Shown one piece after another: positions 44,784 through 54,597 of a DNA stretch of 64,000 bases. The stretch is taken from contig DATLXN010000006.1 in NCBI GenBank assembly GCA_035575715.1, positions 6,476 through 70,475 of the forward strand, read 5' to 3'. Each line of letters starts with the position of its first letter. Position 1 is the first letter of the stretch. This DNA is from Vicinamibacterales bacterium (lineage in GTDB: Bacteria; Acidobacteriota; Vicinamibacteria; Vicinamibacterales; UBA2999). Position numbers and translations under genes: made by a program. The notes beneath the pieces were generated by a model. It was not told the DNA's origin. It saw only the letters and a program-made list of their open reading frames with translations, and did no database searches.

Positions 44784-45488
44784 TCAAATGTGTGCCGGCA
44801 GGTCGCGCAGTGTCGTGATCGCAATCACACCGTCCGGCAACCGCGCCGGGATATCCCCGGAGCGGCGCACCAGCACCGCCCGCATCCCCGCTGCCACGGC
44901 CCCTTCGATGTCCGCCTTGAGGCTATCACCCACCATGACCGCTTGGCCGGCGCCGACGCCGGCGGCGGCGAGCGCTTTGTCGAAGATGCTACGGTGCGGC
45001 TTCATGTAACCATGCTCGGCCGATGAGACCGTCGTCGTGAGCAAGGCGCCGAGCTTGAAATGTTCCTTGAAGGCCTCGAGGCTGCGGTGCGAATTCGAGA
45101 TCACGCCCAACGCCATGCCGCGTGAGGCGAGGTCAGTCAACACCGGTTCCACGTCGTCGTAGATCTCGAAGTGATGATTGGTGGCCCACTGCTCGTAGAT
45201 GCGTTCGGCAATCGGCACGACCTCGGCGCCGCGTCCGCCCATGTGCTCGATGATCGTCGCGGTGTAGTGAACAAAGATTGATGCGTCGTAAATCGGCTCC
45301 TCGATCTCGTCGAGGATGAACGACGCGGCGGCCACCGCCGAATCAAACCGCGCGGGATCGACGGTCACGCCTTGCTCAGCGCAGAACCGCGCGTAGCCGT
45401 GGCCTTGAAATGTCGGACCCGGAAAAATCAGCGTGAAGTCGACGTCGAAAAAAATCGCCCGCGTCGCGGACCGGCCGGGCGCGGTCAC
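44784..45488 (-). CDS. HAD-family hydrolase
   Basis: The GTG at 45488 overlaps the upstream stop (GTGA). Motifs IFFDVDFTLI and VMVGDSLKADIEGA. Confidence 0.8.
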   Translation of the reverse strand: MTAPGRSATRAIFFDVDFTLIFPGPTFQGHGYARFCAEQGVTVDPARFDSAVAAASFILDEIEEPIYDASIFVHYTATIIEHMGGRGAEVVPIAERIYEQWATNHHFEIYDDVEPVLTDLASRGMALGVISNSHRSLEAFKEHFKLGALLTTTVSSAEHGYMKPHRSIFDKALAAAGVGAGQAVMVGDSLKADIEGAVAAGMRAVLVRRSGDIPARLPDGVIAITTLRDLPAHI

Positions 45489-46777
45489 GCTGGTGGTGCG
45501 CTCACTGGGTCGAGGGCCGGGGCCGCTGGGCCGCGCCAAGGTCCGGCGACGACGATCGCCGCGCGCTTCGGGTCGAGCAGGCGCACCGCCACGCGATTGG
45601 CATCGTCGAGAGAAATCGCGGCGATCAGGCCAGGTAATCGGCGATCGTAATCGTCGCCGAGCCCGTGAAACTCGGCACTCAACAGGAACCCGGCGATGTC
45701 GGCATTGGTCTCCAGTTGACGGGGGATCGAACCAATCAAGTACCGTTTCGATTCGTCCAGTTCCTTCGACGTCAGACCTTCGTCGCGAACGAGGGTCAGT
45801 TCGTGATCGATCGAAGACAATGTGCGTTCGACATCCGGACCCGAGACGCCCGCCCGGATCATCAACGGCCCTTCGGCAAGCGTCGCGTCGAGGCTGCTGT
45901 AGATGTAATAGGCCATTCCCTGGCGTTCGCGGATGCTGTCGCCAAGGCGCCCACCCAGCGCATATTGGCCGACCGCATTATTCAGAACCCATGCGGCGTA
46001 GTAGTCGGGGTCGGAACGACGCAGGCCGATAAACGCATAGGCGATGTCGGCTTGTGCTTTGTTCAACATCGGCACGACGGCAAGCGTGCGGCGATCACGG
46101 GGGCCGCTGCCCTGCAGTTCGGGCTCGGCCTGTCGCGGCGCTGTCCAGGATTCAAATTCGCGTGCCGCCGCTCGTGCCACGTCGTCGGGCGCGACGTCGC
46201 CGACCACGACCACCGTGGTCCCTTCCGGCGTGTACCAGTCGCGATGAAAGTCGAGGACGTCGGTCCGCGCAATGCTCTGGACGGTCGCCGTCGTCCCACG
46301 CCCGCGGCGCCCGTACCGATGACCGGGATACAGACGTCCCATCAGCACGTCGACCGCGACGGCCCCCGGATCGTCTTCGTCCTGCTGAATGGCCGTCTGC
46401 AGTTCGGCCCGCCGCGTTTCGATCTCCCGGTCGGCGAACAACGGCCGACGAATAACGTCGGCCACGAGCGCGAAGACGACGTCGAAGTCCTCGGCCAGGC
46501 AGGTTGCGCTCACCGTCACCTGATGGCGGCCGGCCATCACCGACAACGCCGCGCCGCAGCCATCCAGCTGATCCGCGATGGCCGCGCCGGAGTGGGTTTC
46601 GGTGCCGCGATCGAGCACGCGCGCGACGAGGGCGGCGGTGCCCTCGCGCCCATCAGGATCGTAGTAGGCGCCGGCACGCAGGCCGACCACAATCGTCACC
46701 GCTGGCGTCGTCGTCGTCTCTTTTGCAAGGACGATGATGCCATTGCGGAGGGCGCGGCGGAGAGGTTCCAGCGGCAT
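45485..46777 (-). CDS. M16-family (pitrilysin-like) peptidase subunit lacking HxxEH
   Basis: ATG at 46777 (MPLEPLRRALRNGIIVLAKE). M16 fold, with no HxxEH motif seen. Confidence 0.8.
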   Translation of the reverse strand: MPLEPLRRALRNGIIVLAKETTTTPAVTIVVGLRAGAYYDPDGREGTAALVARVLDRGTETHSGAAIADQLDGCGAALSVMAGRHQVTVSATCLAEDFDVVFALVADVIRRPLFADREIETRRAELQTAIQQDEDDPGAVAVDVLMGRLYPGHRYGRRGRGTTATVQSIARTDVLDFHRDWYTPEGTTVVVVGDVAPDDVARAAAREFESWTAPRQAEPELQGSGPRDRRTLAVVPMLNKAQADIAYAFIGLRRSDPDYYAAWVLNNAVGQYALGGRLGDSIRERQGMAYYIYSSLDATLAEGPLMIRAGVSGPDVERTLSSIDHELTLVRDEGLTSKELDESKRYLIGSIPRQLETNADIAGFLLSAEFHGLGDDYDRRLPGLIAAISLDDANRVAVRLLDPKRAAIVVAGPWRGPAAPALDPVSAPPA

Positions 46778-46794
46778 CTGTTGGCGAGGTCCAG

Positions 46795-48105
46795 CTAGTT
46801 GGTTTGCGGTTCGAACCACCCGATGGTTCGGTTATCCGCGGTGAGGTAGCGGCGTGCCGCCGCGTTGACCTGGTCGAGCGTCACCGTGGCAAGGCGAGGC
46901 AGGAGATCGCGGTATGTCTGCCATCCACCAATCGTTTCGAAATAGCCGAGCTGATGCGCGATGTCGGTCACGCTGTCGCTGTCGTAGACGAACCGCGCCC
47001 GCAACTGCGTGCGCACCTTGGTCAGCTCCGCCTCGGTGACCCCCTCGCGGGCCAGGCGATCAAGCTCGGGCAGCACCGCCTCTTCAACCGCCTGGAGCGT
47101 TTGACCTTCCGCGACGGTCGCCCAGATGTAATAGAGAAACGGATGTTCGGTCGGCAGAATCGCCCCGCCGACCGCCGAGGCCAGGCCGCTGTCGACGACG
47201 CGGCGGTAGAGTCGAGCGCTTCGTTGCGGCGTCGGAACCTTATGGCCGGACCACAAGTTGACGCCCGACGCGCCACTCAACGTCGCGTCAACAAACAGCA
47301 TCGGCAAGAAGTCTTCGTCGGTCACAGACGGCGCGTGGAAGGCGGCACGCCAATAGGCGGTGGTGCCCTCTTTGCGGAAGTGAACGCGGCGCTCCGCCGG
47401 TTGCTGCGGCTCGATTGTATGGACCCGCGGAACAGCGGCGCCGCTGGCGATCCGGCCGAAGTGATGGTCGACCCGACGCAACACTTCGTCAGTGTCGACG
47501 TCGCCGACAATCACCAGCGTCGCATTGTTCGGGATGTAATACCGGCGATAGTGCCCATACAGGTCATCGCGAGTCATCGTCTCGAGATCGTGAAGCCAGC
47601 CGATGGTCGGATGCTGGTAAGGGTGCACGCGAAAGGCTGCCGCGGTCAGCTCGATATCGAGCAACTGTTCAGGGTCGTTCTCGCCACCTTTGAGTTCGGA
47701 GATGATCACCGTCCGCTCGGATTCGCAGTCCTCCGGCGTATACAGGCACGAACTCATGCGCTCAGCCTCGATGAACAACATCCGATCCAAGGCATCGCGC
47801 GACGCCGTTTCGAGATATGTGGTCTGATCGATCCACGTGTAACCGTTCCACGTGCCGCCAAATTGCTCGATGATGCCTTTGACCTGATCCCGGGGGATGT
47901 TGTGCGTCCCCTTGAAATTCATGTGTTCGACCCAGTGCGAGACACCAGTCAAACCGGGTCGTTCGTCTTTCGAACCGACCTTATACCAACACCAAACCGA
48001 GGCCAGTGGCGCGGTGTGAACTTCCTGGACGAGTACTTTGAGGCCGTTATTGAGCACGGTCTCGCGTACGGCAGGCACGGCAAGTTCCAAGCGCGACACA
48101 GCCAT
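46795..48105 (-). CDS. M16-family zinc peptidase, catalytic subunit
   Basis: The inverted zincin motif HWVEH is present, within GVSHWVEHMNFKG. Confidence 0.85.
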   Translation of the reverse strand: MAVSRLELAVPAVRETVLNNGLKVLVQEVHTAPLASVWCWYKVGSKDERPGLTGVSHWVEHMNFKGTHNIPRDQVKGIIEQFGGTWNGYTWIDQTTYLETASRDALDRMLFIEAERMSSCLYTPEDCESERTVIISELKGGENDPEQLLDIELTAAAFRVHPYQHPTIGWLHDLETMTRDDLYGHYRRYYIPNNATLVIVGDVDTDEVLRRVDHHFGRIASGAAVPRVHTIEPQQPAERRVHFRKEGTTAYWRAAFHAPSVTDEDFLPMLFVDATLSGASGVNLWSGHKVPTPQRSARLYRRVVDSGLASAVGGAILPTEHPFLYYIWATVAEGQTLQAVEEAVLPELDRLAREGVTEAELTKVRTQLRARFVYDSDSVTDIAHQLGYFETIGGWQTYRDLLPRLATVTLDQVNAAARRYLTADNRTIGWFEPQTN

Positions 48106-48133
48106 CAGCCATTATTACAATAGACAGACTGCC

Positions 48134-50926
48134 ATGCCCGAGTGGAAGGACACCTGCAACCTGCCGAGAACCGCGTTCTCGATGAAAGCGAACCTCCAGA
48201 CAGCTGAGCCGGAGGCGATTGCCCGCTGGCAACAAATGGATCTGTATGGCCAGCTCCGCCGTGCGCGAGCCGGCGCCCCGAAATTTGTGCTGCATGACGG
48301 GCCGCCTTACGCCAACGGCGAGATTCACATCGGCACCGCGCTCAACAAGGTCCTCAAGGACCTCGTCGTCAAATCACGCAGCATGGCGGGCTTCGATGCG
48401 CCGTATGTGCCTGGGTGGGACTGCCACGGACTCCCGATCGAGTTGAAAGTCGATCGCCAGCTCGGCCCTAAGAAGCGCGAGATGTCGGTGGCCGACTTCC
48501 GGCGTGAGTGTCAGGCCTACGCGGCGAAATATGTTGGCATCATGCGCGAGGACTTCAAACGCCTCGGCGTGTTCGGCACATGGGAAGAGCCCTACCTGAC
48601 GATGAATCACGGCTATCAAGCGGCGATCGTCCGCTCGCTGGGCCGGTTCGTCGAGCAGGGAATGGTCTACAAGGGAAAAAAGCCAGTCCATTGGTGCATG
48701 CACTGCCGCACCGCGCTGGCTGAAGCAGAGGTTGAATACGAGCCGCATAGCTCACCCTCGATCTACGTCGAATTCCCGCTCAAGCAGGAGAGTTACGCCG
48801 AGTTGGCTTCGCGGCTTCCTGGACTCGCGGGCAAGAACGTGTCGGTGCTGATCTGGACGACCACACCGTGGACGATCCCGTCGAATCTGGCGATCGCGTT
48901 TCATCCGGATTTCGAGTACGGCGCTTACGATGTCGGCGACACGGTGGTCATCGTCGCCAAAGATCTCGCGGAGGCCGTCGCGGCTAAAACCGGCCGCGCC
49001 TTCGGCACGCCGCTGGTCACCTTCGAAGGACGAGTCATGGAGCGGTTGGTGTTTTCGCACCCGCTCTATGCCCGCGATTCGCTGGGTGTGCTTGGCGATT
49101 ACGTCACGCTTGAAGCCGGAACCGGCGCGGTGCACACGGCTCCCGGCCACGGCGCTGACGACTACCACACCGGGATCAGGTACGGCCTCGACATTTACGG
49201 GCCGCTCGATGCCGGCGGTCACTATCTCGAAACAGTCGAACTGTTCGGCGGACTGCAGGTGCTCGAGGCGAATCCGAAGGTCGAAGCGGCCCTCAACGAA
49301 CGCGGACGACTGTGGCATCGCGAAGATTACAGCCACTCCTACCCGCATTGCTGGCGGTGCCACAACCCGGTGATCTTCCTGGCCACCTCGCAGTGGTTCA
49401 TCTCGATGGAGACCGGCGATCTCCGACAGCGCGCGCTCAACGCGATCGACACCACGCGCTGGATCCCGTCGTGGGGCCGGGAGCGCATCTACAACATGAT
49501 CGCCAACCGTCCCGATTGGTGTATCTCGCGTCAGCGCACATGGGGCGTGCCGATACCGGCACTCGACTGCAAGTCGTGCGGGCAACCGGTCCTGACCAAA
49601 GACCTGACCGATCGCGCGGCGGCGGTGTTCGATCAATACGGCGCCGACGCATGGTACGAACGGCCGGTCGAAGAGTTCGTTCCCGAGGGATTGACCTGCA
49701 CGGCCTGCCACGGCACCGAGTTCGAGCGCGAATACAACATCCTTGACGTGTGGTTCGACTCCGGGTCGAGTCACGAAGCGGTGTTGCCGACGCGCGACGA
49801 GCTCCGCTGGCCGGCCGATATTTACCTCGAGGGCTCAGATCAGCATCGCGGTTGGTTCCACAGTTCGCTGCTTGTCGGTCTCGGCACGCGTGGCCGGGCG
49901 CCGTTCGACCAGGTGCTGACCCACGGCTTCGTCATGGACGAACAGGGTCGCAAGATGTCGAAATCGCTGGGCAACACCATCGCCCCGCAAGACGTGATGA
50001 AGCAGAGCGGCGCCGACGTCCTGCGCTTGTGGGTGTCGATGGTGGACTATCGCGAAGACATCCGCCTCGGCAAGGAAATCCTGGCGCGCGTTGTCGAGGC
50101 CTACCGCAAGTTCCGGAACGTGATCCGGATTCTGCTCGCCAATCTCTACGACTTCAATCCGCAAACCGACATCGTCCCGCGCGCTGAGATGCTCGAGATT
50201 GATCGCTGGATGATGGCGCGCTACGCTGCGGTCGCGACGAAGATCATCAAGGCCTATGAAGATTACGACTACCCCGCAATCTATCAGGCAGCCAATACCT
50301 TCATTACCGTGGACCTGAGCGCGTTTTACGTCGACGTGACCAAGGACCGCATGTATACGTTCGGGGCGTCATCGGCCGCGCGGCGCTCGGGACAGACCGC
50401 GATGTACTTGATCGCTGATGGGTTAGCGCGGCTGTTGGCGCCGATTCTCCCCTTCACCATGGACGAGCTCTGGCGCACGTTGCCCGGCGAGCGCGAGGCG
50501 TCGGTTCATCTCGCCGTCTTCCCGACTAAGCTGTCCGATTGGGACGATGCGGGACTGCTGGAGCAATGGACCGTACTCCGTGACGTGCGGAACATCGTGA
50601 ACGACGAACTTGAAAAGAAACGCACCGACAAATTGATCCGCGGATCGCTCGAAGCCCGTGTCATCGTCCACGCCGGCGGTGCGACGTTGGCTGCCTTGCA
50701 GCGCTACGGCGAGGACTTGCCGACGATCTTCGGCGTGTCTGAAGCGGTACTGGTCGCTGAGCAGGGACCGGGCGAACGTGGCGATGTGTGGGTCGATGTC
50801 GAACGGGCCACTGGCCTGAAGTGCGAACGGTGCTGGCGTTACGTCGCGTCGGTGAGCGAGGCACCGGAGTTCAAGGGCATTTGCCAGCGGTGCGTTGACG
50901 CACTCGCGGCGCCGGTGAGCCAGTAA
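48134..50926 (+). CDS. ileS: Isoleucine--tRNA ligase
   Basis: ATG at 48134 (MPEWKDTCNLPRTAFSMKANL). PYANGEIHIGTALN (HIGH), KMSKS, and the C-terminal Zn motif CERCW...CQRC. Confidence 0.95.
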   Translation: MPEWKDTCNLPRTAFSMKANLQTAEPEAIARWQQMDLYGQLRRARAGAPKFVLHDGPPYANGEIHIGTALNKVLKDLVVKSRSMAGFDAPYVPGWDCHGLPIELKVDRQLGPKKREMSVADFRRECQAYAAKYVGIMREDFKRLGVFGTWEEPYLTMNHGYQAAIVRSLGRFVEQGMVYKGKKPVHWCMHCRTALAEAEVEYEPHSSPSIYVEFPLKQESYAELASRLPGLAGKNVSVLIWTTTPWTIPSNLAIAFHPDFEYGAYDVGDTVVIVAKDLAEAVAAKTGRAFGTPLVTFEGRVMERLVFSHPLYARDSLGVLGDYVTLEAGTGAVHTAPGHGADDYHTGIRYGLDIYGPLDAGGHYLETVELFGGLQVLEANPKVEAALNERGRLWHREDYSHSYPHCWRCHNPVIFLATSQWFISMETGDLRQRALNAIDTTRWIPSWGRERIYNMIANRPDWCISRQRTWGVPIPALDCKSCGQPVLTKDLTDRAAAVFDQYGADAWYERPVEEFVPEGLTCTACHGTEFEREYNILDVWFDSGSSHEAVLPTRDELRWPADIYLEGSDQHRGWFHSSLLVGLGTRGRAPFDQVLTHGFVMDEQGRKMSKSLGNTIAPQDVMKQSGADVLRLWVSMVDYREDIRLGKEILARVVEAYRKFRNVIRILLANLYDFNPQTDIVPRAEMLEIDRWMMARYAAVATKIIKAYEDYDYPAIYQAANTFITVDLSAFYVDVTKDRMYTFGASSAARRSGQTAMYLIADGLARLLAPILPFTMDELWRTLPGEREASVHLAVFPTKLSDWDDAGLLEQWTVLRDVRNIVNDELEKKRTDKLIRGSLEARVIVHAGGATLAALQRYGEDLPTIFGVSEAVLVAEQGPGERGDVWVDVERATGLKCERCWRYVASVSEAPEFKGICQRCVDALAAPVSQ

Positions 50927-50931
50927 TCGCC

Positions 50932-51432
50932 GTGAGTATCGCCGCGGGTCGTCGCCTCGAATGGCTCATCGTCACCCTGATTGTCCTCGCCGATCAGGTC
51001 ACCAAGGTCATGATCCGGAACGCCCTGGAATTGCACCAGAGCATTACAGTTATTCCGGACCTGCTGGCGCTGACCCGGGTCCATAACACCGGTGCCGCGT
51101 TCGGGATGTTCAACACGATGGACTTCCCAGGGAAAACGCTGGTGCTGACCCTGGTCGCCACCCTCGCGCTGGCCGGCGTCGCTTGGTATGCGTTGTCGGT
51201 GCCGCTGGCCGATCGTTTTGCGCGGCTCGGCGTCGCGTGCATTCTTGGCGGCGCGATCGGCAACCTGATCGATCGCGCCAGCGGCGGGTACGTGCTCGAT
51301 TTCGTCGATTTCTCCTGGCAAGGCTGGCACTTCTGGGCCTTCAATGTCGCCGACGCCGCGATCACCATCGGCGTTATTCTGATGATTTTCGATTTGATAG
51401 GGCTAGGACGCCGTGCACCCAATCCTATTTGA
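50932..51432 (+). CDS. lspA: Signal peptidase II (lipoprotein signal peptidase)
   Basis: ADQVTK, NTGAAFG, GGAIGNLIDR and FNVADAAITIG motifs. The ileS-lspA order is conserved. Confidence 0.9.
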   Translation: MSIAAGRRLEWLIVTLIVLADQVTKVMIRNALELHQSITVIPDLLALTRVHNTGAAFGMFNTMDFPGKTLVLTLVATLALAGVAWYALSVPLADRFARLGVACILGGAIGNLIDRASGGYVLDFVDFSWQGWHFWAFNVADAAITIGVILMIFDLIGLGRRAPNPI

Positions 51433-52234
51433 GCTCGGACCGATCACGATCTACTCGTACGGCGTCTTGCTGGCGACGGCGTACCTGCTCGGCCTGTGGA
51501 TGGCGGCGCGCCGAGCCCGCAACGCCGGTCTCGATGCCAACAAGGTGCTCGACCTCGGCATCTGGGTGATCATTGCCGCCCTGGTCGGCGCCAAGGCACT
51601 GCTGTTCATTGTCGACTTCGAACAGTTCACGCGGAGTTGGCAGGACTTCACGACGCTGCTGCGGTCGGGCGGCGTGTTCTACGGCGGGCTGATCGCGGCT
51701 GTCCTGGTCTGCATCTATCAGCTGCGCAAACACAATCTGCCGCTGTGGACCTCGGGCGACCTGTTTGCGCCGGGCATCGCACTGGGCTACATGGTCGGAC
51801 GCCTCGGCTGTTTGATGGCGGGTTGCTGTTACGGAAAGCCGACCGACGTGGCGTGGGCGATCACCTTTACCGATCCCGCGGCGAACCTGAACGTCGGCAC
51901 GCCGCTGAACGTGCCGCTGCATCCGACGCAGTTGTATGAGTCCCTCGCCGGCCTGCTCATTCTGATCGTGCTGATCGTCCTCGAGAGGCGCGGCAAAGGT
52001 TTTCCGGGCCGCACATTCTGGACATTTGTGCTGGTCTACGCGGTGTCGCGCTTCGTCATCGAGTTCTATCGCGGCGACGATCGCGGAGTGGTCACCGACA
52101 TGTTCTCGACGTCGCAGTTCATCTCGCTGATCCTGGCGCCGCTTGCGCTGATCATGCTGTGGCACCTGAGCCGCAGCTCCCGACCGCCTGCGACCGAGAC
52201 GCCGGTGCGACCCAGAAAGCCGCGCTTCGCGTGA
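51413..52234 (+). CDS. lgt: Prolipoprotein diacylglyceryl transferase
   Basis: ITIYSYGVLLATAYL, GRLGCLMAGCCYGKPT and HPTQLYES motifs. Confidence 0.9.
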   Translation: MHPILFELGPITIYSYGVLLATAYLLGLWMAARRARNAGLDANKVLDLGIWVIIAALVGAKALLFIVDFEQFTRSWQDFTTLLRSGGVFYGGLIAAVLVCIYQLRKHNLPLWTSGDLFAPGIALGYMVGRLGCLMAGCCYGKPTDVAWAITFTDPAANLNVGTPLNVPLHPTQLYESLAGLLILIVLIVLERRGKGFPGRTFWTFVLVYAVSRFVIEFYRGDDRGVVTDMFSTSQFISLILAPLALIMLWHLSRSSRPPATETPVRPRKPRFA

Positions 52235-53232
52235 TCCAGATCACGGTCGAGCCCGAACACCAGGGCCTCCGTATCGACCGCGTCCTCGCCAGCGAAATTG
52301 CCGGCTATTCGCGCTCCCAGATCCAGCGCTTAATCGACGAGGGCATGGTCGCGGTCCCGCGCGTCAAGGTCGTCAAGGCCAACACGCAAGTACGCGAAGG
52401 GGACGTGATCTCGATCACGCTACCGGCGCCCGTCGCCGCCACCCCTACGGCCGAAGAAATCCCGCTGGAGATCCTCTACCAGGACGCCGACGTCATCGTC
52501 GTCAACAAACCGGCCGGCATGGTCGTCCATCCCGGTGCGGGACACGACAGCGGCACGCTGGTCAACGCGCTGCTCCACCACGTCACCGACTTGAGCGGCA
52601 TCGGCGGCGAGTTGCGCCCTGGCATCGTCCATCGACTCGACAAGGGCACCAGCGGCGTCATGGTGGTGGCAAAGCACGACACCGCCCATCAGGAACTGGC
52701 GCGGCAGTTTCACGACCGCGAAGTCGAAAAGGAGTACGTCGCGTTGGTGTGGGGACTGGTCCAGCAACGCAAGCGGATCGATCTGCCGATTGGACGCGAC
52801 CCGGTGCACCGCGAGAAAATTTCGACCCGGGCGCGTCGGGCGCGGTCAGCAGTGACGCGGGTGACCTGGGCGCGGCACATTCCCGGCCTGTCGTTGCTGC
52901 GCATCGCCATTGCCACGGGTCGCACGCACCAGATTCGAGTGCATCTCAACGCTATCGGTCATCCGATTGTCGGTGATTCGCTCTACGGGGGCGTCCATCG
53001 TCGTGTGCCGCAGGACTTGCGGGCGGTGCAGCAACTGGGACGACCGTTTCTGCATGCCGAGCGGCTGGCGTTCGTCCAGCCACGCACGGGCGAGACGCTG
53101 GAATTCATTGTTCCTCTACCGATCGATTTACGGACCGTTCTCGAGGCAATTGAGCCGACCTTGCTAGCCATGCTCGAAGGGCGCGAGATTGAAGAAGACG
53201 CGAGCGACGACGATGACGACAGCGAAGCTTGA
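52231..53232 (+). CDS. rluD: RluA/RluD-family 23S rRNA pseudouridine synthase
   Basis: The GTG at 52231 overlaps the lgt stop. S4 domain (RIDRVLA) and catalytic HRLDKGTSGVMVVAK. Acidic tail DDDDDSEA. Confidence 0.85.
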   Translation: MIQITVEPEHQGLRIDRVLASEIAGYSRSQIQRLIDEGMVAVPRVKVVKANTQVREGDVISITLPAPVAATPTAEEIPLEILYQDADVIVVNKPAGMVVHPGAGHDSGTLVNALLHHVTDLSGIGGELRPGIVHRLDKGTSGVMVVAKHDTAHQELARQFHDREVEKEYVALVWGLVQQRKRIDLPIGRDPVHREKISTRARRARSAVTRVTWARHIPGLSLLRIAIATGRTHQIRVHLNAIGHPIVGDSLYGGVHRRVPQDLRAVQQLGRPFLHAERLAFVQPRTGETLEFIVPLPIDLRTVLEAIEPTLLAMLEGREIEEDASDDDDDSEA

Positions 53233-53755
53233 ATCGCGACGGACGGTGCACAAGGGTCGCATTTTTTCGGTTGACGTCGACCGCGTGCAGTTGCCGTCGG
53301 GGTTCACCAGCGACATGGACATCGTGCGCCACCCTGGATCGGTGGTATTGCTGCCGATGCCGTCTGCCAACGAGATCATTCTGATCAAGCAATATCGCTA
53401 CAGCATCGATCGATGGATTTGGGAATTGCCGGCTGGCACGTTGCAGCCGGCTGAAAACCCAGCCGGTGGTGCCGCGCGCGAGTGTGAGGAGGAAATCGGT
53501 CTGGTGCCACACCGGGTCGAGCAGCTCGGCGCGTTTTATCCGACGCCGGGCTTTTGCGATGAAGTGATGAATTTCTTCCGGTGTAGCGACCTGCGCGCAC
53601 CAGCGAGCGATTCCACGGTCCGCAAGGACGAAGACGAGGACCTCGAGCCGCGCACGTTCACCCTCGAGGAGGCACGCGCCCTGATTCAGTCTGGTCAGAT
53701 CGTTGATTTGAAAACCGTCGCCGGGTTAGCCCTGCTCTCTTCGAACGTCGCGTAG
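53213..53755 (+). CDS. NUDIX hydrolase (ADP-ribose pyrophosphatase-like)
   Basis: ATG at 53213. Nudix box GTLQPAENPAGGAARECEEEIGL. Confidence 0.8.
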   Translation: MTTAKLESRRTVHKGRIFSVDVDRVQLPSGFTSDMDIVRHPGSVVLLPMPSANEIILIKQYRYSIDRWIWELPAGTLQPAENPAGGAARECEEEIGLVPHRVEQLGAFYPTPGFCDEVMNFFRCSDLRAPASDSTVRKDEDEDLEPRTFTLEEARALIQSGQIVDLKTVAGLALLSSNVA

Positions 53756-54597
53756 TGAATGTCGATGGTGTCCTCGATGTTGCGGGCGTAACCGCCGGCG
53801 AGGACCACGACGACCGGCAGCTTGCGGATCGCGCAGGCGCGCAGCACCGTCCGATCGCGTTCACGGAGCCCGGCCTTACTGAGATGCAGCCCGCCCAACT
53901 GGTCATCGCGGTAGGGGTCGGCGCCGGCCAGGTAAAAGACGATTTCCGGGCGATGCGCGAAGACCTGTTCGAGGGCCGGCTCGAGGCGTTTCAAATAGCT
54001 GCTGTCGGTGACCCCGTCATCCAGGCTAATGTCGAGCGAACCGCGCGGCTTGAACAGCGGATAGTTGTTCTGCTGATGCATTGAGAAGGTGAACACGTTC
54101 GGCTCATTCTCGAAAATCAGCGCCGTGCCGTTGCCCTGATGCACGTCAAGATCGACGATCGCCGCCCGGGCGATGACCCGATCGCGGATCAGAACGCGAA
54201 TCGCGACGGCGACATCGTTGAACAGGCAGAAACCCTCGCCATGGTTGGCGAAGGCGTGGTGAAAACCGCCGCCGATGTGAAACGCGACCCGCTCTTCGCC
54301 GGAGGCGACGTGTTGCGCAGCGGCGATGGTGCCGCCGGACATCAGACGAAAGCCCTCGACCACCGCCGGTGACCACGGCACCTCGAGCTGCACGAGTTCG
54401 GCGGCAGTCAACGTGCCAGACCTGGTCTTGTTCAGATAGGGGCGCGTATGGACCAGCGCCAGATCGTCCCAGGCGGCGGTGGCCGGTTCGACGAACGGAT
54501 AGGGAGCGATGCGACCGGCGAGGAGTTGGTATTTCAGCGTCGGGAAGATGTGCAGCCCGATATCGATGTGGTAGTGCGGAGAATAGACGACCGTCAC
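53695..54597 (-). CDS. Histone deacetylase-family (arginase/deacetylase fold) protein
   Basis: GGFHHAFANHGEGFCLFND, DLDVHQGNGT and GADPY motifs. The GTG start overlaps the lon stop by 1 nt. Confidence 0.85.
   Translation of the reverse strand: MTVVYSPHYHIDIGLHIFPTLKYQLLAGRIAPYPFVEPATAAWDDLALVHTRPYLNKTRSGTLTAAELVQLEVPWSPAVVEGFRLMSGGTIAAAQHVASGEERVAFHIGGGFHHAFANHGEGFCLFNDVAVAIRVLIRDRVIARAAIVDLDVHQGNGTALIFENEPNVFTFSMHQQNNYPLFKPRGSLDISLDDGVTDSSYLKRLEPALEQVFAHRPEIVFYLAGADPYRDDQLGGLHLSKAGLRERDRTVLRACAIRKLPVVVVLAGGYARNIEDTIDIHYATFEESRANPATVFKSTI

Noticed and set aside
44781-44786. HAD gene TGA stop in the same frame as the downstream GNAT gene (possible second Sec read-through)
   Set aside because: The HAD protein ends at a natural family C-terminus, and the GNAT begins with its own ATG one codon later. 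No redox motif surrounds the TGA and no hairpin follows it. This is ordinary operon spacing.
46804-48123. 439-aa ORF on the plus strand
   Set aside because: It is antisense to a well-supported M16 peptidase gene. It has the Arg/Gly/Pro-rich composition typical of stop-free antisense frames in GC-rich DNA, with no recognisable motifs.
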